Positions 36,971 to 49,951 of a DNA stretch of 64,000 nt are shown here, one piece after another. The translations under genes were made by a program, and so were the position numbers. Location: NCBI GenBank assembly GCA_048128005.1, contig JBEUKZ010000077.1, positions 124,001 through 188,000 on the forward strand. The letters are read 5' to 3'. Each line of letters begins with the position of its first letter. The stretch's first letter is position 1. Origin of the DNA: Veleropilina oligotropha. Lineage: Eukaryota. The notes beneath the pieces are model-generated. The model did not search any database, was not told the origin of the DNA, and worked only from the letters and a program-made list of their open reading frames with translations.

Positions 36971-38554
36971 GTGCTTTTGATAAACGACATCAGGGATGAT
37001 TCTGGCATTCTTTTAGGGCCGCCGGGCGGCCCCATTTTTTGTACATATATTTTTTCCCAATTTACAATCACTTCAGATCAATTTATAACAATTATCGTTT
37101 TCGCCTTATTGGAAATTAGTATATTTTTATGCAATATGTGGTACCCCTGCTGGATTAAACATCGATTTCAACCGTTTTATAAAGTACGACGTTACTCCGC
37201 AGTACGGTTAGTAACATCGTTTGCGAAACAAAAATAAACGATACTTTATCTGTACGGGACTTCATGGCGATGTCAGCGCCTTGTTCGAAAACTAAATTTT
37301 ACGCTTTCGTTTTCGGGATTTTCCGTCAACGGTCGCCGCTTCTGGCGCACGCAAAATCTTCAATATAATGATTATTTTGATATTTATATATTACTTATTT
37401 ACTTTGTTTCCAATGTTTATGTGCCCCGCATTATTTCTGAATGAAAAAGTGACATTTACAACGTGAAAGTTGTCGGAAATTCCAGACACCACGTGTTTTT
37501 TTAATTAGTTTTGCTTTAAAGGAAAATTTAAGTAGTAGGTAAGATTTGATGCCTTATGAGTCGACGTATCGTATTATAAAAAAAATGAATTCTGTTTCTG
37601 GTTTCTGCACGCGTCAGTTCCAACCCCTGCGCGGCAATATTTTTTATTTTTTGTAAAAAAGGACAAGACATCAAATGGTTCGTGTGCATATAGTACTGTA
37701 ATCAGGGTTTCGTTTCTAAGAAGCGTGATCACGCGCCAACTGTCTGGGCAAAAATATTCTTTCAAGTTTGACAAAACGGAATATATTGCATGTAGATAGA
37801 TATTCTATTGGATAAAGTTACATAATAATACCTTCATGCTGTAAATATTATGCAGTCTTTACTCAATGAAAATGTTATAAATTCGTGGCAATTCGCGCAG
37901 ACAAAACAATCCCTACTAATGGTGGCTAGCCATGTCTGGGTTTCCTTCCCGCTCGGCTGTTCCAGTAACGTTAATAGACGGAACAGCCAAATTTGCTCCA
38001 GATATCAAAGGCAAGAATTTATCAACAGATCTGAGGAAACAGTCACAAGCACATCCCTAATTTGCATACATGTCGCAAAACACAGTCCTGGGCACTGACA
38101 GCAATAAGAAAGGTCAAAGTTTATGAAATGGATTATTTATTGGAGGGAAAATAAAAATGAAAAGGCACAGAAAGAGAAAACAACAAATTAAGCAATATAA
38201 ATAATAATAATGCATGTCAGATCATGATGACAAAATAAAAAAATATTTTATTTTTACAAGAAATATAATAGTGAACACTGAATGCATGTGTGCTGCATGC
38301 ACACACACACACATGTATATATATAATATATATACCCTCGATTTATTTGAAAACTACTGGATTAAATTTCACCAAAATTGGTATATATGCATTCCCACAA
38401 GTATTTATAGGTCGTGTTAAACTTTCGTGACACAATATTTGCAAGATGTGCATAATATAGCAACTTTTATCCATCGCATTACTAAAGAATACTAGTTATT
38501 AATTCCTAAGACGTCATTTTGGCGCAGTTTCTATTTTTGCTCTTTGGAAGTATA

Positions 38555-40372
38555 CCGTATTTGCGCGTGTATAAGTCGACTATTTTTTCACATTTTCGAA
38601 GTCCCGAAGTTGGGGGGTCGACTTATACACACAACATATCATGATTTTAGTCGAATGCTGGTGATATATATCAAAGTTAGACTGTAATACGTTAGTTTAT
38701 CATAACTTATGTCCGCTACTTTCACTTTGTTTGATAAATTGCGATTATGCGTTTAACCGTTACGTAAATTTCTGCAAGTTTTTCACCGGAAATCTCACCC
38801 ATGATAATTAGCCTACTTGTATTTAAATGGTTCTTTATTATTATAAATATATGTCCTGGTAATAAATTTATTTGCAAAGGAGACTTTGCGTAATGTATTA
38901 ATTTATTCTTTCCATGAATACGGATTGAAAACACAATATTTTGTTGTTATTCTGACCTGTTTCTGTAGAATTGATATATAGTTTACTAGGGTGTGGAAAT
39001 TCATATTCTGAATGTTTCTCTTCTGCTGAACACGTGTCGCGTTATCGGCCGCCATGTTGGAAATTTAGCCCTATGTTTTAATCTCGAATCGATTTGTTTT
39101 TACAATTATTGAATAATTATTTCTAGCGATATTTAATTAGTCCAGTATATTATGATATGATATAAAAAAACTTATAAGACGTTGTCTTCATATATAAATT
39201 AAAATAATAATTAAATCACCATAGTTCTCAACGGCGATGCTACGAAACCAAATCAGGGGAGATAATTTTTGTCTTGTTAATTTTGTTACAAAAGAAACGT
39301 TGCGTTGTTGTTGTTGTCTTATAATTATGTTATTTATCGGCGAACTAAGTGATGTTCACATGAATACATGTAACGGCACCTTTTACATTGATTCGTAATC
39401 CTAATCTTTGATTTTGCGTTCAGATAAACCCAAAAGTCTGTCATTTGGACTTGGACAATAGATTTTAATCCGATTATCGATCGATGTCTGCCATCCCATA
39501 ATATCCCCGATTGACATTGTTCATTTCCGTAACATTTCTACACTGAAACGATGCTTATCGAACTTTCAGTTCCGACTTTTTCCGGAAGTAAAAATTATTT
39601 TGAAACCCACGAGGTTGAAAATATGGTTAAACTTCGAATGTTACTGTTGAATAAACATCTTTACGATGGCGTAGCAAGACATACCGGCAAATACGCAAGT
39701 ATTTTGATCAATTTAACGATGTTAATATCAATTATGTATTGTGCAGTCGAAAATTTCTTATGCAAATAAGCGAAAATCCGGTAATTATGCATGCAATTAA
39801 GCGATTATTTGCAATTAAGCGTTACGCAATTAAGTGGAATCCACTGTACTTCTATACTTGTTGTCATCATTAAACATTATTTATATACCTAGTCTTATTT
39901 ATTAACAAGTATATCTCGTACCAGAAATAATTGGCAGATATAGGCCTTACTCCTATAACAGGCCGCTTCGGTAGCGCAGTGGGTAGAGTGTCCACTCTAA
40001 CTTCACTGGCTTGTTTCCGCTGACGCGAACAGTAGTGGGATCGACCCCCGGCTGAGGCAGCACACATTTGTTCAAGTTATGAAGCACAGTTGTCCGTGAC
40101 TGGCCGAAGAGGGCGGGTTTACCCGGCGACCGGGGTTTCCTCCCGCGATAACACGGACATGTCCTGCCTTGAACCTCGATGTTATAAATATACAGGACAT
40201 TGCATATTTCCTCCTCCTCCTACTCCTATAACATCAGAGGTCTTGCAGCCGGTTGACAATTGGAAGTTGGGGGGTCGTCTTATACAAACAGCATATAAAT
40301 GATTCTGGTTTCAAAAGTGAAAGTTGGGGGTCGACTTATGCAACGGGTCGACTTGTACACGCGCAAATACGG
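38555..40372. mobile_element. Tc1/mariner (pogo-like) non-autonomous element, nested
   Basis: TA-flanked TIR ccgtatttgcgcgtgta(t/c)aagtcgac. Confidence 0.85.
39961..40220 (+). mobile_element. SINE family 1, copy 2
   Basis: Homologous to 9121-9389; 13 bp TSD tactcctataaca. Confidence 0.9.
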
Positions 40373-41437
40373 TACCATGCTGAAATAAAAAATGTCCCAG
40401 ATAAAAAAAAAACCTGCATGGCCGCATCATTTCTCAGTTGACCATGAAACCAGAAACAAAACATTTTTTTTTTTGCCTTGCGGTAAATAATTTTTAGTGA
40501 AAAAGAGTAATTTTGAGTAAAATCATTATCTAGTTACATGTCCGATCAGTTACATACACCGGGTTGACGTACATTTATGAAAATACTTCACAAAGTAACA
40601 ATTTAGCATAGAATAATAAATCAGATATAATTTTATGTCAGTAACTTAGAAATGTTATAATATTGTATTAGGAATGTGGGTTCCACCGGTTAAATCTGGG
40701 CTTTCCTCCCACAGTAATATAGACATGTCCAGGTTTGACATAAATCTTGAATCTATTCATGGATTATCTAAAGAACAATACGTCGTGAAATTCCCAATTT
40801 GAAGTTGTTACGTATTAAAATTCCCAATCACAGGGCTGGCACCCCCAATTATTTTTCTGTGGAATCATCCCTGGACATGTTTTTACATTTAGTTTGAATT
40901 ATTTGTCAGGAAATATGATTAACTTGTGGCCTAGAAGGCGGATTTTGAACTCTGAAGTGACAAGTGATATTTGCGACTTTGACATTTCTGAATTGGACAG
41001 TGACACTTTGAGAATGATATCGGGTTCGAAATGGAGATTATGAATGGTACGATCTATCGGTGGACTAGTCTTGTAATTGGTTTTAATTTAATTATTAACA
41101 ATAAATAAATTTTGTATTTGAAATAATAATGTACATTTGTAGCAAAAGGCCTATTTCACATTGTAGCGTTGTCTTCATACACGCGCGGGATAACTTTTCA
41201 AAATCAGACAAGGAGACACTGTATTGACATAAAATATTCTTGATTATTATTCAACAAATTATATTACAAACAAAGTATACATCAACATACATCTAAAAAA
41301 TATAACTTGCATATGCAGGCCTGCACAAATTGCGCAAACGATCGTTCAGCTCGCCTGAAGCTCGCGCAAATGCAATGTTGCATAACCCAATTTTCGTTCG
41401 CGCAAAAATTGAAAAAAAAAAGTATTCATGCGATGCA

Positions 41438-41701
41438 GAGGCCGCTTCGGTAGCGCAGTGGGTAGAGTGTCCACTCTAAATTCACTGGCTTGTTTCCGCT
41501 GATGCGAACAGTAGTGGGATCGACCCCCGGCTGAGGCAGCACACATTTGTTCAAATTATGAAGCACAGTTGTCCGTGACTGGCCGATGAGGGCGGGTTTC
41601 CCCGGCGACCGGGGTTTCCTCCCGCGATAACACGGACATGTCCTGCCTTGAACCTCGATGTTATAAACATACAGGACATTAAGCATAATTCCTCCTCCTC
41701 C
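41438..41701 (+). mobile_element. SINE family 1, copy 3
   Basis: Homologous; 12 bp TSD tcatgcgatgca. Confidence 0.9.
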
Positions 41702-42289
41702 TCATGCGATGCAAAAGATCGCTGTCTGTAGATTTCGCCCCCAAGTTGTACACACTTTTAGTTTAATATAAAGAAGTTGGAAATACACCGGTATTGTAAA
41801 TTTATAGTCTGTTCTGTGTTCACCTGTTACCACTATTCTTCGTTGAATGCCTCCTTGCAGTCATCACTGTTTTAATTGTAATTGAATCAATATGAAATAC
41901 ATTTGTTTTGGGAACACCGTCTCTCTGTGCCAGGTTTATAAATGACACCATTATTAATGAAGCAAATGACTCCTATTTCCAAGTTAAAACTAACAATCTC
42001 TGGCATCTTCTGGCATGTTGAAATAGGAAATATAGGGTATTCGTTGTAAATATGCACGTATTTAACGCCCATGGTCAGAATATTCTAGAGCAAAATGTTG
42101 TGTGGTAAAATGGCTGTTGTGTTGTGTTGACCGCTTTGGTTTACCAGAATCATGGGACAAGAAACAAGGAACCAATTTAACACAGCCTAAAGTATTATTA
42201 ATGAATTGAAAAAGTTTTGAATAAAAAAGGGTTACCAAAATAAAATGGGTTATGCAGCTACTATTTGGCTTAACCCATAAACGGGTTGC

Positions 42290-42843
42290 GCAAAAATTTA
42301 ATTTTACAAAACTTGCTGGATGTATTCAGTAGTCGGTGAACTGGTGCCTTTTGATAGTTTCGACATTGTGCGGCGATCATTAACAGAGGTATTTCCCTTG
42401 TTCTAAATTTGTTAAAATGTTCTTTTCCGGAGCATACACCGCTCGACATCATCTTTACGAAACTTGCAGGATATATTAAGTAGTCGGTGAACTGGTGCCT
42501 TTTGCGAGTTATGACGTTGTGTGGTGATCATAAACAGAGTTATTGCTCTTGTTGTTAATTTTTTATTGTTCTACTTTCCGAAGCGTATCTCATAAACCGC
42601 TTGACATAACTTTATGCAATTTGGTGGGTGTATTAAGCAGTTGTTGAACTGGTGCCTTTAGTTAATTTTGACGTACGTCAAATATTCACAGAGTTATTGC
42701 CCTTGCTTTAATTTGTTATTACTGACTATCTCATACAGTCCTTGACTTATACGAAACTTGGTGGGTGTATTCAGTAGTTGGTTAACTGGTGCCTTTTCAT
42801 AATTTTAACGTGGCATCATGATTAATGACAGAGTTATTGCCCT
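42290..42843 (+). repeat. Diverged ~160 bp HINE array related to 1811/36141; its 3' part resumes near 46480
   Basis: gtagtcggtgaactggtgccttt and agagttattgccctt units; accattgcgggggatattga at 46478. Confidence 0.7.
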
Positions 42844-43847
42844 TTTTAGCTCGTCTGTTTGTGAAAACATAAAGAGCTATTGTCACCACTCCGGCGTCGG
42901 CGTCTGCGTCGTCGGCGTCGGCGTCGTCCGGATTTGGTTAACCTTTGCGTTTGAGTCAGTTTCTCAGCAACTACTGGGCCTAGGTCTACCAAACTTGGCT
43001 ATCACTTACTCATTGGGTGCCTCACCACAATCCACCCACTATGCTTGAATGACTTAGTAATTTTATGCTTAATTTGTGCCCTGAAATGCTAGTTAACCTT
43101 TGCGTTCGACTCAGTTTTTCAGCAACTGCTGGGCCTATGTCTACCAAACTTGGCTATCACTAAATTTATTTCTGTTGTTTACTTATGTAATATTATATGT
43201 GTACGATGAAAGGGACATGTGCTTATCTGTAAGACTTGCTCACTGCCAATAGGCACAGTAAGCTGTTAAGCTTAATGGTCACTCTGTGAAGCTGGGATTA
43301 TCAAAATCAGATGGATTGATTGGATTTTGATAACTGGCTTCCCCATTGGTTTATTCCATGGGTATCTTGAAATGGCAGTATATATTACCATTACAAGAAC
43401 AGACTGTATCCAGTGTCTAATATCACTCTCTATTTAAGTCTCCTCTACTGATCAGGGTTAAAATTATTGTATGATATGATATTGTATGACAATACAGTTG
43501 TCTAAACGGAGAATTGGGCCAAGTGAGGTAAGACCACCTACAACAAGTTATTGTAAATTCAGAGAAGAGTTTGCAATTTCTCACGAATACATGACTGTAT
43601 ATTGCAGTCTCTAAATGGCTTCAGATACATGTCACTGAGTCATAAACCACCAGTTCTTCATCCTCGAGAAGATGACATGCAACATACATTGTTATACTTT
43701 CCCGGACACCAGCAGATGCAAGATATTCAGGATGGTTTTGCTTTTATTTCACATTTAATATTAACAGGGCTGATTCATGTTTTATAGCTACACATTTTGG
43801 AGGTCAAATAACAGACGAGCGTTTGCATCGTTTTGCGGTGCTCTTGT
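42844..43847 (+). mobile_element. HINE, third family
   Basis: tttttagctcgtctg start, (cggcgt)n, 3' cagacgagc subTIR, gcatcg/cggtgc hairpin, cttgtt. Confidence 0.8.
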
Positions 43848-43887
43848 TATTATTGAAATCAACGATATTGTTTCAACAATATACAGC

Positions 43888-46449
43888 CAGGGATGATTCC
43901 ACAGAAAAATAATTGGGGCTGCCAGCCCTGTGTTTGGGAATTTTTATACGTAACAACATCAAATTGGGAATTTCACGACGTATTGTTCTTTAGATAATCC
44001 ATGAATAGATTAAAGATTTATGTCAAACCTGGACATGTCTATATTACTGTGGGGGGAAAGCCCGGATTTAACCGGTGGAACCAATATTCCTAATACAATA
44101 TTATAACATTTCTAAGTTACTGACATAAAATTATATCTGATTTTATTATTCTATGCTAAATTGTTACTTTGTGAAGTATTTTCATAAATGTACGTCAACC
44201 CGGTGTATCTAACTGATCGGACATGTATCCAGATAATTATTTTATTCAAAATTACTCTTTTTCACTAAAACATCTTTAATTAAAAATATGCTGAAATATA
44301 ACTTACAATTAAATTATTTACCGCAAATAATCATTAACTAATATTACACAACGGCTCTTTTGTTTTGAAGAGGTTGGTATTCAGCGTGAACACCTTGTTT
44401 TCAATGGCGATTCAAAAGTAGGGTGGTATAGCCATACCAACCTACTTTTCACTCTATACCGACCTGCGTCCGTGCAAGACGGCTAAAGCTGATCACAAGC
44501 TAAATTGACAACAAAGGAGCTATAATTGGCCGTTGTGTAAGTCGGTTACAAACCTCGTTAGTCGGTATTCATCTATTTGAAAGACCTGCTTCCGTGCTGT
44601 AACACCTCGACCGCTCCGCGGTCTCGGTGTCACGATCCGCACGGGCGCAGGTCTTTCAAATCGATGAATACCTCCAACTCAGTTAGTAACCTATACATAC
44701 GATACGTCGCCCCCTTAGGACATCAAATCTTACCTACTACTTAAATTTTCCTTGAAAGCAAAACGAATTAAAAAAAACACGTGGTGTCTGAAATTTCCGA
44801 CAACTTGCACTTTGTAAATGTCACTTTTTCATTAATAAATAATGCGGGGCACCTAAACATTGGAAACAAAGTAATTAAGTACTATATCAATATCAAAATA
44901 ATCATTATATTGAAAAATTGAAAACAAAATCGTCTGCGAATGATTTTGCCTGCGCCAGAACAGGCCTTGTCTTGTAAAAACCGGAGGCGAGCTATAACAG
45001 CTCGCCTTAAATCGAAATTTACCCTCGAGGCGAGCGATTTCAATATCATCATACATCACGCTGCAAAAATATATCTAAGACTCTTTCAATGTATGATACT
45101 ACAATACATTTTTCTATTTCATGTATTTTAGTTTGAATAAAATACTTATTTTTACATTAAAGCATAATATATACAGTAATAATTTTAAATAGTCTTACTA
45201 GTATATTTATATACTAATTATTTTCACAATGTGTATGAACATTTCTATTTTTTTTAATTAAAAAAACATGTATATATTAGGGTCATGGTTAATTGGAACT
45301 CTCTCAATGTGGCTGTTTATAAATAGTGGCAACTTTTCCTACTGTCAAAGGGCTCTAAAATTGTCTGGTTGTGTTTATCAATAAATGTATCCAACCCCAG
45401 AAGATCAAAGAATTGTTCATCTCTGTCAGCGAAATATAGGTCAGCCTCCTCAGCTAGCTAATTTGCATACACACAAATGCTTGACTTGTGTCAGAAATGA
45501 AACTTAACCCAGTAAATTATATAATTTAGCAGAGGCTAATACTAATTAATGTGGAATGAAAAACATTTTAGAACCTGCAATGTTTAACTAGAGCACTCTT
45601 TAAAATATTATTTTATAAAAATGCTTCAGGCCTGAGTCCGAAACTAAAATAAACTTATTCAGACGGGTCACGTGACTGTCTGGGAGAGTTTGTGCTACTG
45701 TCTGGAAAGATATTCTCGGGTTTTGCTGGACTTTTTCATACTAAAGAACATATGGTCGGACATAACAACATGCCTTATAATATTGCCTTATAATATTGCC
45801 TAACAAAGAACAGGATCATGAATAAATTGTTGTAGGAACTTAGTAAGTTACATAAATATTCTACTCGCCCAACAAGAAATATTTGGGCCAGTAACAATCG
45901 ATGTTTTTTATATTTGTGGTCCCCGTACATTCTGTGGGCAGCACTAGTGATAAATGTCTTTTAAGGTCAGATAAGTGAACAGTCAGTAGATAGCATGTGT
46001 CCATATTATCATTACTGCCCTACCCAGAAGAGCGAATTTTAAATCATGGCGAGCAATAAAAGCTCGCCTCAAAATGCTGTAAGGCGAGCGATCGACAAAG
46101 ACAAGGCCTGCCAGAAGCGGCGAACGCAGACGGAAAATCCCGAAAACGAAAGCGTAAAATTTAGTTTTTGAACATGGCGCTGACATGACCACGTAGTCCC
46201 GTACAGATAAAGTATCGTTTATTTCAAACGATGTTACTAACCGTAGTAACGTCGTACTTTATAAAACGGTAGCAGGGGTACCACATATTGCATAAAAATA
46301 TACTAATTTCCACTATGGCGAAAACGATAATTGTTATAAATTGATCTGAAGTGATTGTAAATTGGGAAAAAATATATGTACAACAAGGGGGCCGCCAGGA
46401 AAAAGTGGGGCCGCCCGGCGGCCCTAAAAGAATGCCAGAATCATCCCTG
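43888..46449 (-). mobile_element. CAGGG-ended DNA transposon, copy 2 (inverted)
   Basis: Same TIRs as 36991-40873; 6 bp TSD tacagc. Confidence 0.85.
44961..46110. mobile_element. CAGG-ended element nested in copy 2
   Basis: TIR caggccttgtctt / aagacaaggcctg; 6 bp TSD ccagaa; single ttctgg at the empty site in copy 1 (~37340). Confidence 0.85.
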
Positions 46450-46724
46450 TACAGCATATAGTAATTATTGTGGATGTACCATTGCGGGGGATATTGATGT
46501 CTTTGCTTTCTTGTTGAACATAAAAATGGTAACGTATTACCAAGTCGTGCATTCCATTCGATCTTGATTTCCATTTCATCATTACAATTTGAGATTAAAG
46601 TTAATAAACCTATTTCTGATAAAAAATTGTTACCTTGGTCGTTGAACATTAATAATCAAATTACGAATGAGCTAAACGTGACCTGGACGAATAATAAATG
46701 TCCATTTTGCTGTATGTATTTCAG

Positions 46725-46858
46725 TACCATAAGGAAGAAGATGCTGAAAAATCGGTAAATGATCTTAACAATCGCTGGTTTAATGGTCGCCCGATCCATG
46801 CAGAATTATCCCCCGTGACAGACTTCCGGGAGGCGTGCTGCCGCCAGTACGAAATGGG
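46725..46858 (+). CDS. U2AF1: U2AF35 coding exon 6 (UHM end, second zinc finger start)
   Basis: tttcag|TAC... encodes YHKEEDAEKSVNDLNNRWFNGRPIHAELSPVTDFREACCRQYEM, ends GG|gtatgt; 134 nt. Confidence 0.97.
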
Positions 46859-48066
46859 GTATGTGATCACCATTGACATATTTTTATATTGGCATATGAG
46901 ACACTTGTAATGGCATTAATTATACACAACACTTGATTTCATTCGACTAAATTATTATATGACTAATTTTGTCTTAGAATGTATGATGTTATAGTTGCAT
47001 GCAGTCTAGCTGCTATAACCTGGAATGTGTTTTCCATTGCATACAGCGTAACTTCAATTAACTCCACGGAAATGGACCACCATCAACGAGGAACAGCATT
47101 TCATTTATCGATACCTCAAGTCTACATACCTTCTTTTTGCCTCTCTGATATAGTTGTTGTATTAAACAGACTATTGCCTGTAAATGCGCTTTTTCTTTTT
47201 AAAAAGAAAACTAACGCATTACACTTTTTGTTTAAAACATAAAAAGTTAGGAATTTTCAACACCCAACTTTCGTCAGTAATTTTCTACCGTTTAAATTAA
47301 TCGCTACTGAATATTTAAAAATAATTAAACGCGGTCCGCGTTTAATTACCTCGAACAGAGTGCATTTCCAGTTGACCTAGTTGGAGCACAGTTGCGTAGG
47401 TTTCTGTTCGTCAAGTAAGATAGTTTCTACTTGACAATAACATATATTGCCCAGTTACAATAATAATTTCCATACAAGTCTATCATTAGGGCTCCAACAG
47501 CTTCAGCTGGAGCCCTATTGTTTTTGCTATTTTGTTTATTATTATTATTATTATTATTCTTATTATTCCGGCTGAGTTTTGTACCAGTGATAACTTCCAA
47601 ACCGCTTAAATCAAAAACTCTAAAATTGGTAAACATGTAGCTATGGTACTGAAGTTGTTTCGCACTTAAGTTCTGCTATGCAGCGCCACTGGCTTAGCGG
47701 CAATTAAGGTTTTTTCTTTAAAAAAGCACCTTTTATACCATCTTCTTCGGCCAAACGGCTGAAGTGAGGTACGCGATGTTCCTAAATAATGATCTTCACT
47801 ATGTGAAGAAAAAAGTTTGCGATCAAAAATGTTATCGGAACAAAAGCAAGGCAGTTACGGCCATCTGAATCTCTCAATAATTTTTAATTTAGCATTGAAA
47901 TTGCCATTGATATTTCTGCGTCAAACCCGACCGGATGCGGATTGAAAGTTGCAAAAGTTTGAACCAATGAGCGTAGAGATAGTTTTTCATTGGTGGATAT
48001 GTTTCGTAGTTTCAATCCACCCTTTGTCTATAAATAGGCCTGTTTTGGACAAACTTGTGACATATC

Positions 48067-48100
48067 TTTCAGGGCCACCTAAATCTTCCGAGAGAATACC
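48067..48100 (+). terminator. Orphan 3' half of a histone stem-loop plus downstream element
   Basis: tttcagggccacctaaatcttccgagagaatacc versus tttcagggccaccaaattcttccgagagaatacc after H4. Confidence 0.8.
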
Positions 48101-48939
48101 TCTGTTATGCCATAGCGTTTGCTTGCTTAGCTAAGGAAATTGTAATAAGTAATAAGTTAATTGGTAGTTTACATAGAAACACACAAACATTCACCCATTT
48201 CATAATGCAAAGTAAGTTGCTCAATAAAAACACCAAACCTTTATTCGTTTTCGCACCACCCTCCAATGTTTGTTGTCATCTGCCGATAAACATTATTCTA
48301 ATATTCACCAAGCTGGCATAATAGTGTTAATGTGGCTGTTGTCCGCTTCGGAGTCGTGTTCTACTCACCAGACCGAACGAACACGACTAACGGCCTTCGC
48401 CAGGCTTTATAGGACACGCTTGCGTTTCCAGATCCCCAACAATGTGATTCTTATCCAAAAGTCTTTATTTTATCCTTGGCTAAACGGAAAATTCACGCCA
48501 CGGACTGCTTCGAACGATTGTTTTCAACTGTCAAAACAGCAGCATCAAAAAATACGAACACGGCTAAAAACACATGATCGCACCCACGAAGTATGAAAAA
48601 CTATAGGGCTGCTATTGATTGCGTATGTTCATAATACGAAAGTTATAACGTTTAAATTACTTTGTATGGAAGTTATTGTTGCTAAAGATCATCTTTACGA
48701 GCGATAGTCATTATTAATAGGCTCATTTGTGTGGTACTTTCCCTTGAGTACGGAGTTGGTTGCGCATTAGCAAAAAAACGTATTCACAAGTGTATGAAAA
48801 TAAATTGTATTGTGAAATCAAGCAAAAATTGCCCAATACGATAAATGGCCTAGTAGAAATCATGCTTAACAGTTTTTACATACTCAACGAAGCCTACCAC
48901 TCGAATGGGGGCTATTGTTTCTCTTGGCGAAATTAGGAG

Positions 48940-49388
<449 letters not shown>

Positions 49389-49417
49389 ACGCACCGCTTT
49401 TCTAACGAAGTTCCAAC

Positions 49418-49455
49418 GGCCCTTTTCAGGGCCACCAAATTCTTCCGAGAGAATA
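49418..49455 (+). terminator. Replication-dependent histone 3' stem-loop and purine-rich downstream element
   Basis: GGCCCTTTTCAGGGCC at 49418-49433, then ACCA and ccgagagaa. Confidence 0.95.
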
Positions 49456-49951
49456 CCCTAGTTGTGCCAATTCGTATATCTTGTAGCATAAATTACATGT
49501 GCATCAATTAGGCTTTGCACACGCAAACGCGCATTACGCTTTGAACAGTAAATTGCATACAGACTCCTCAAATGATACGGAAATGCACTCGATTACACTA
49601 ATTGTGCAGGGAACAATTGTTAGCTCAGCTAATGTTTTTTGTTTTAAATTCATTGAATTTAGTCATTTAAACAATACACTCTATTTTTGGTTTCCAAGTG
49701 ATTGCATATGTTCATAATACGAAAGTTATAACGTTTAAATTACTTTGTATGGAAGTTATTGTTGCTAAAGATGATCTTTACGAGCGATAGTCATTATTAA
49801 TAGGCTCATTTGTGTGGTACTTTCCCTTGAGTACGGAGTTGGTTGCGCATTAGCAAAAAAACGTATTCACAAGTGTATGAAAATAAATTGTATTGTGAAA
49901 TCAAGCAAAAATTGCCCAATACGATAAATGGCCTAGTAGAAATCATGCTTA

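Larger units (their letters stand above)
36991..40873 (+). mobile_element. CAGGG-ended DNA transposon, copy 1
   Basis: TIR cagggatgattc / gaatcatccctg; 5 bp TSD gacat; inverted paralog at 43888-46449. Confidence 0.85.
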
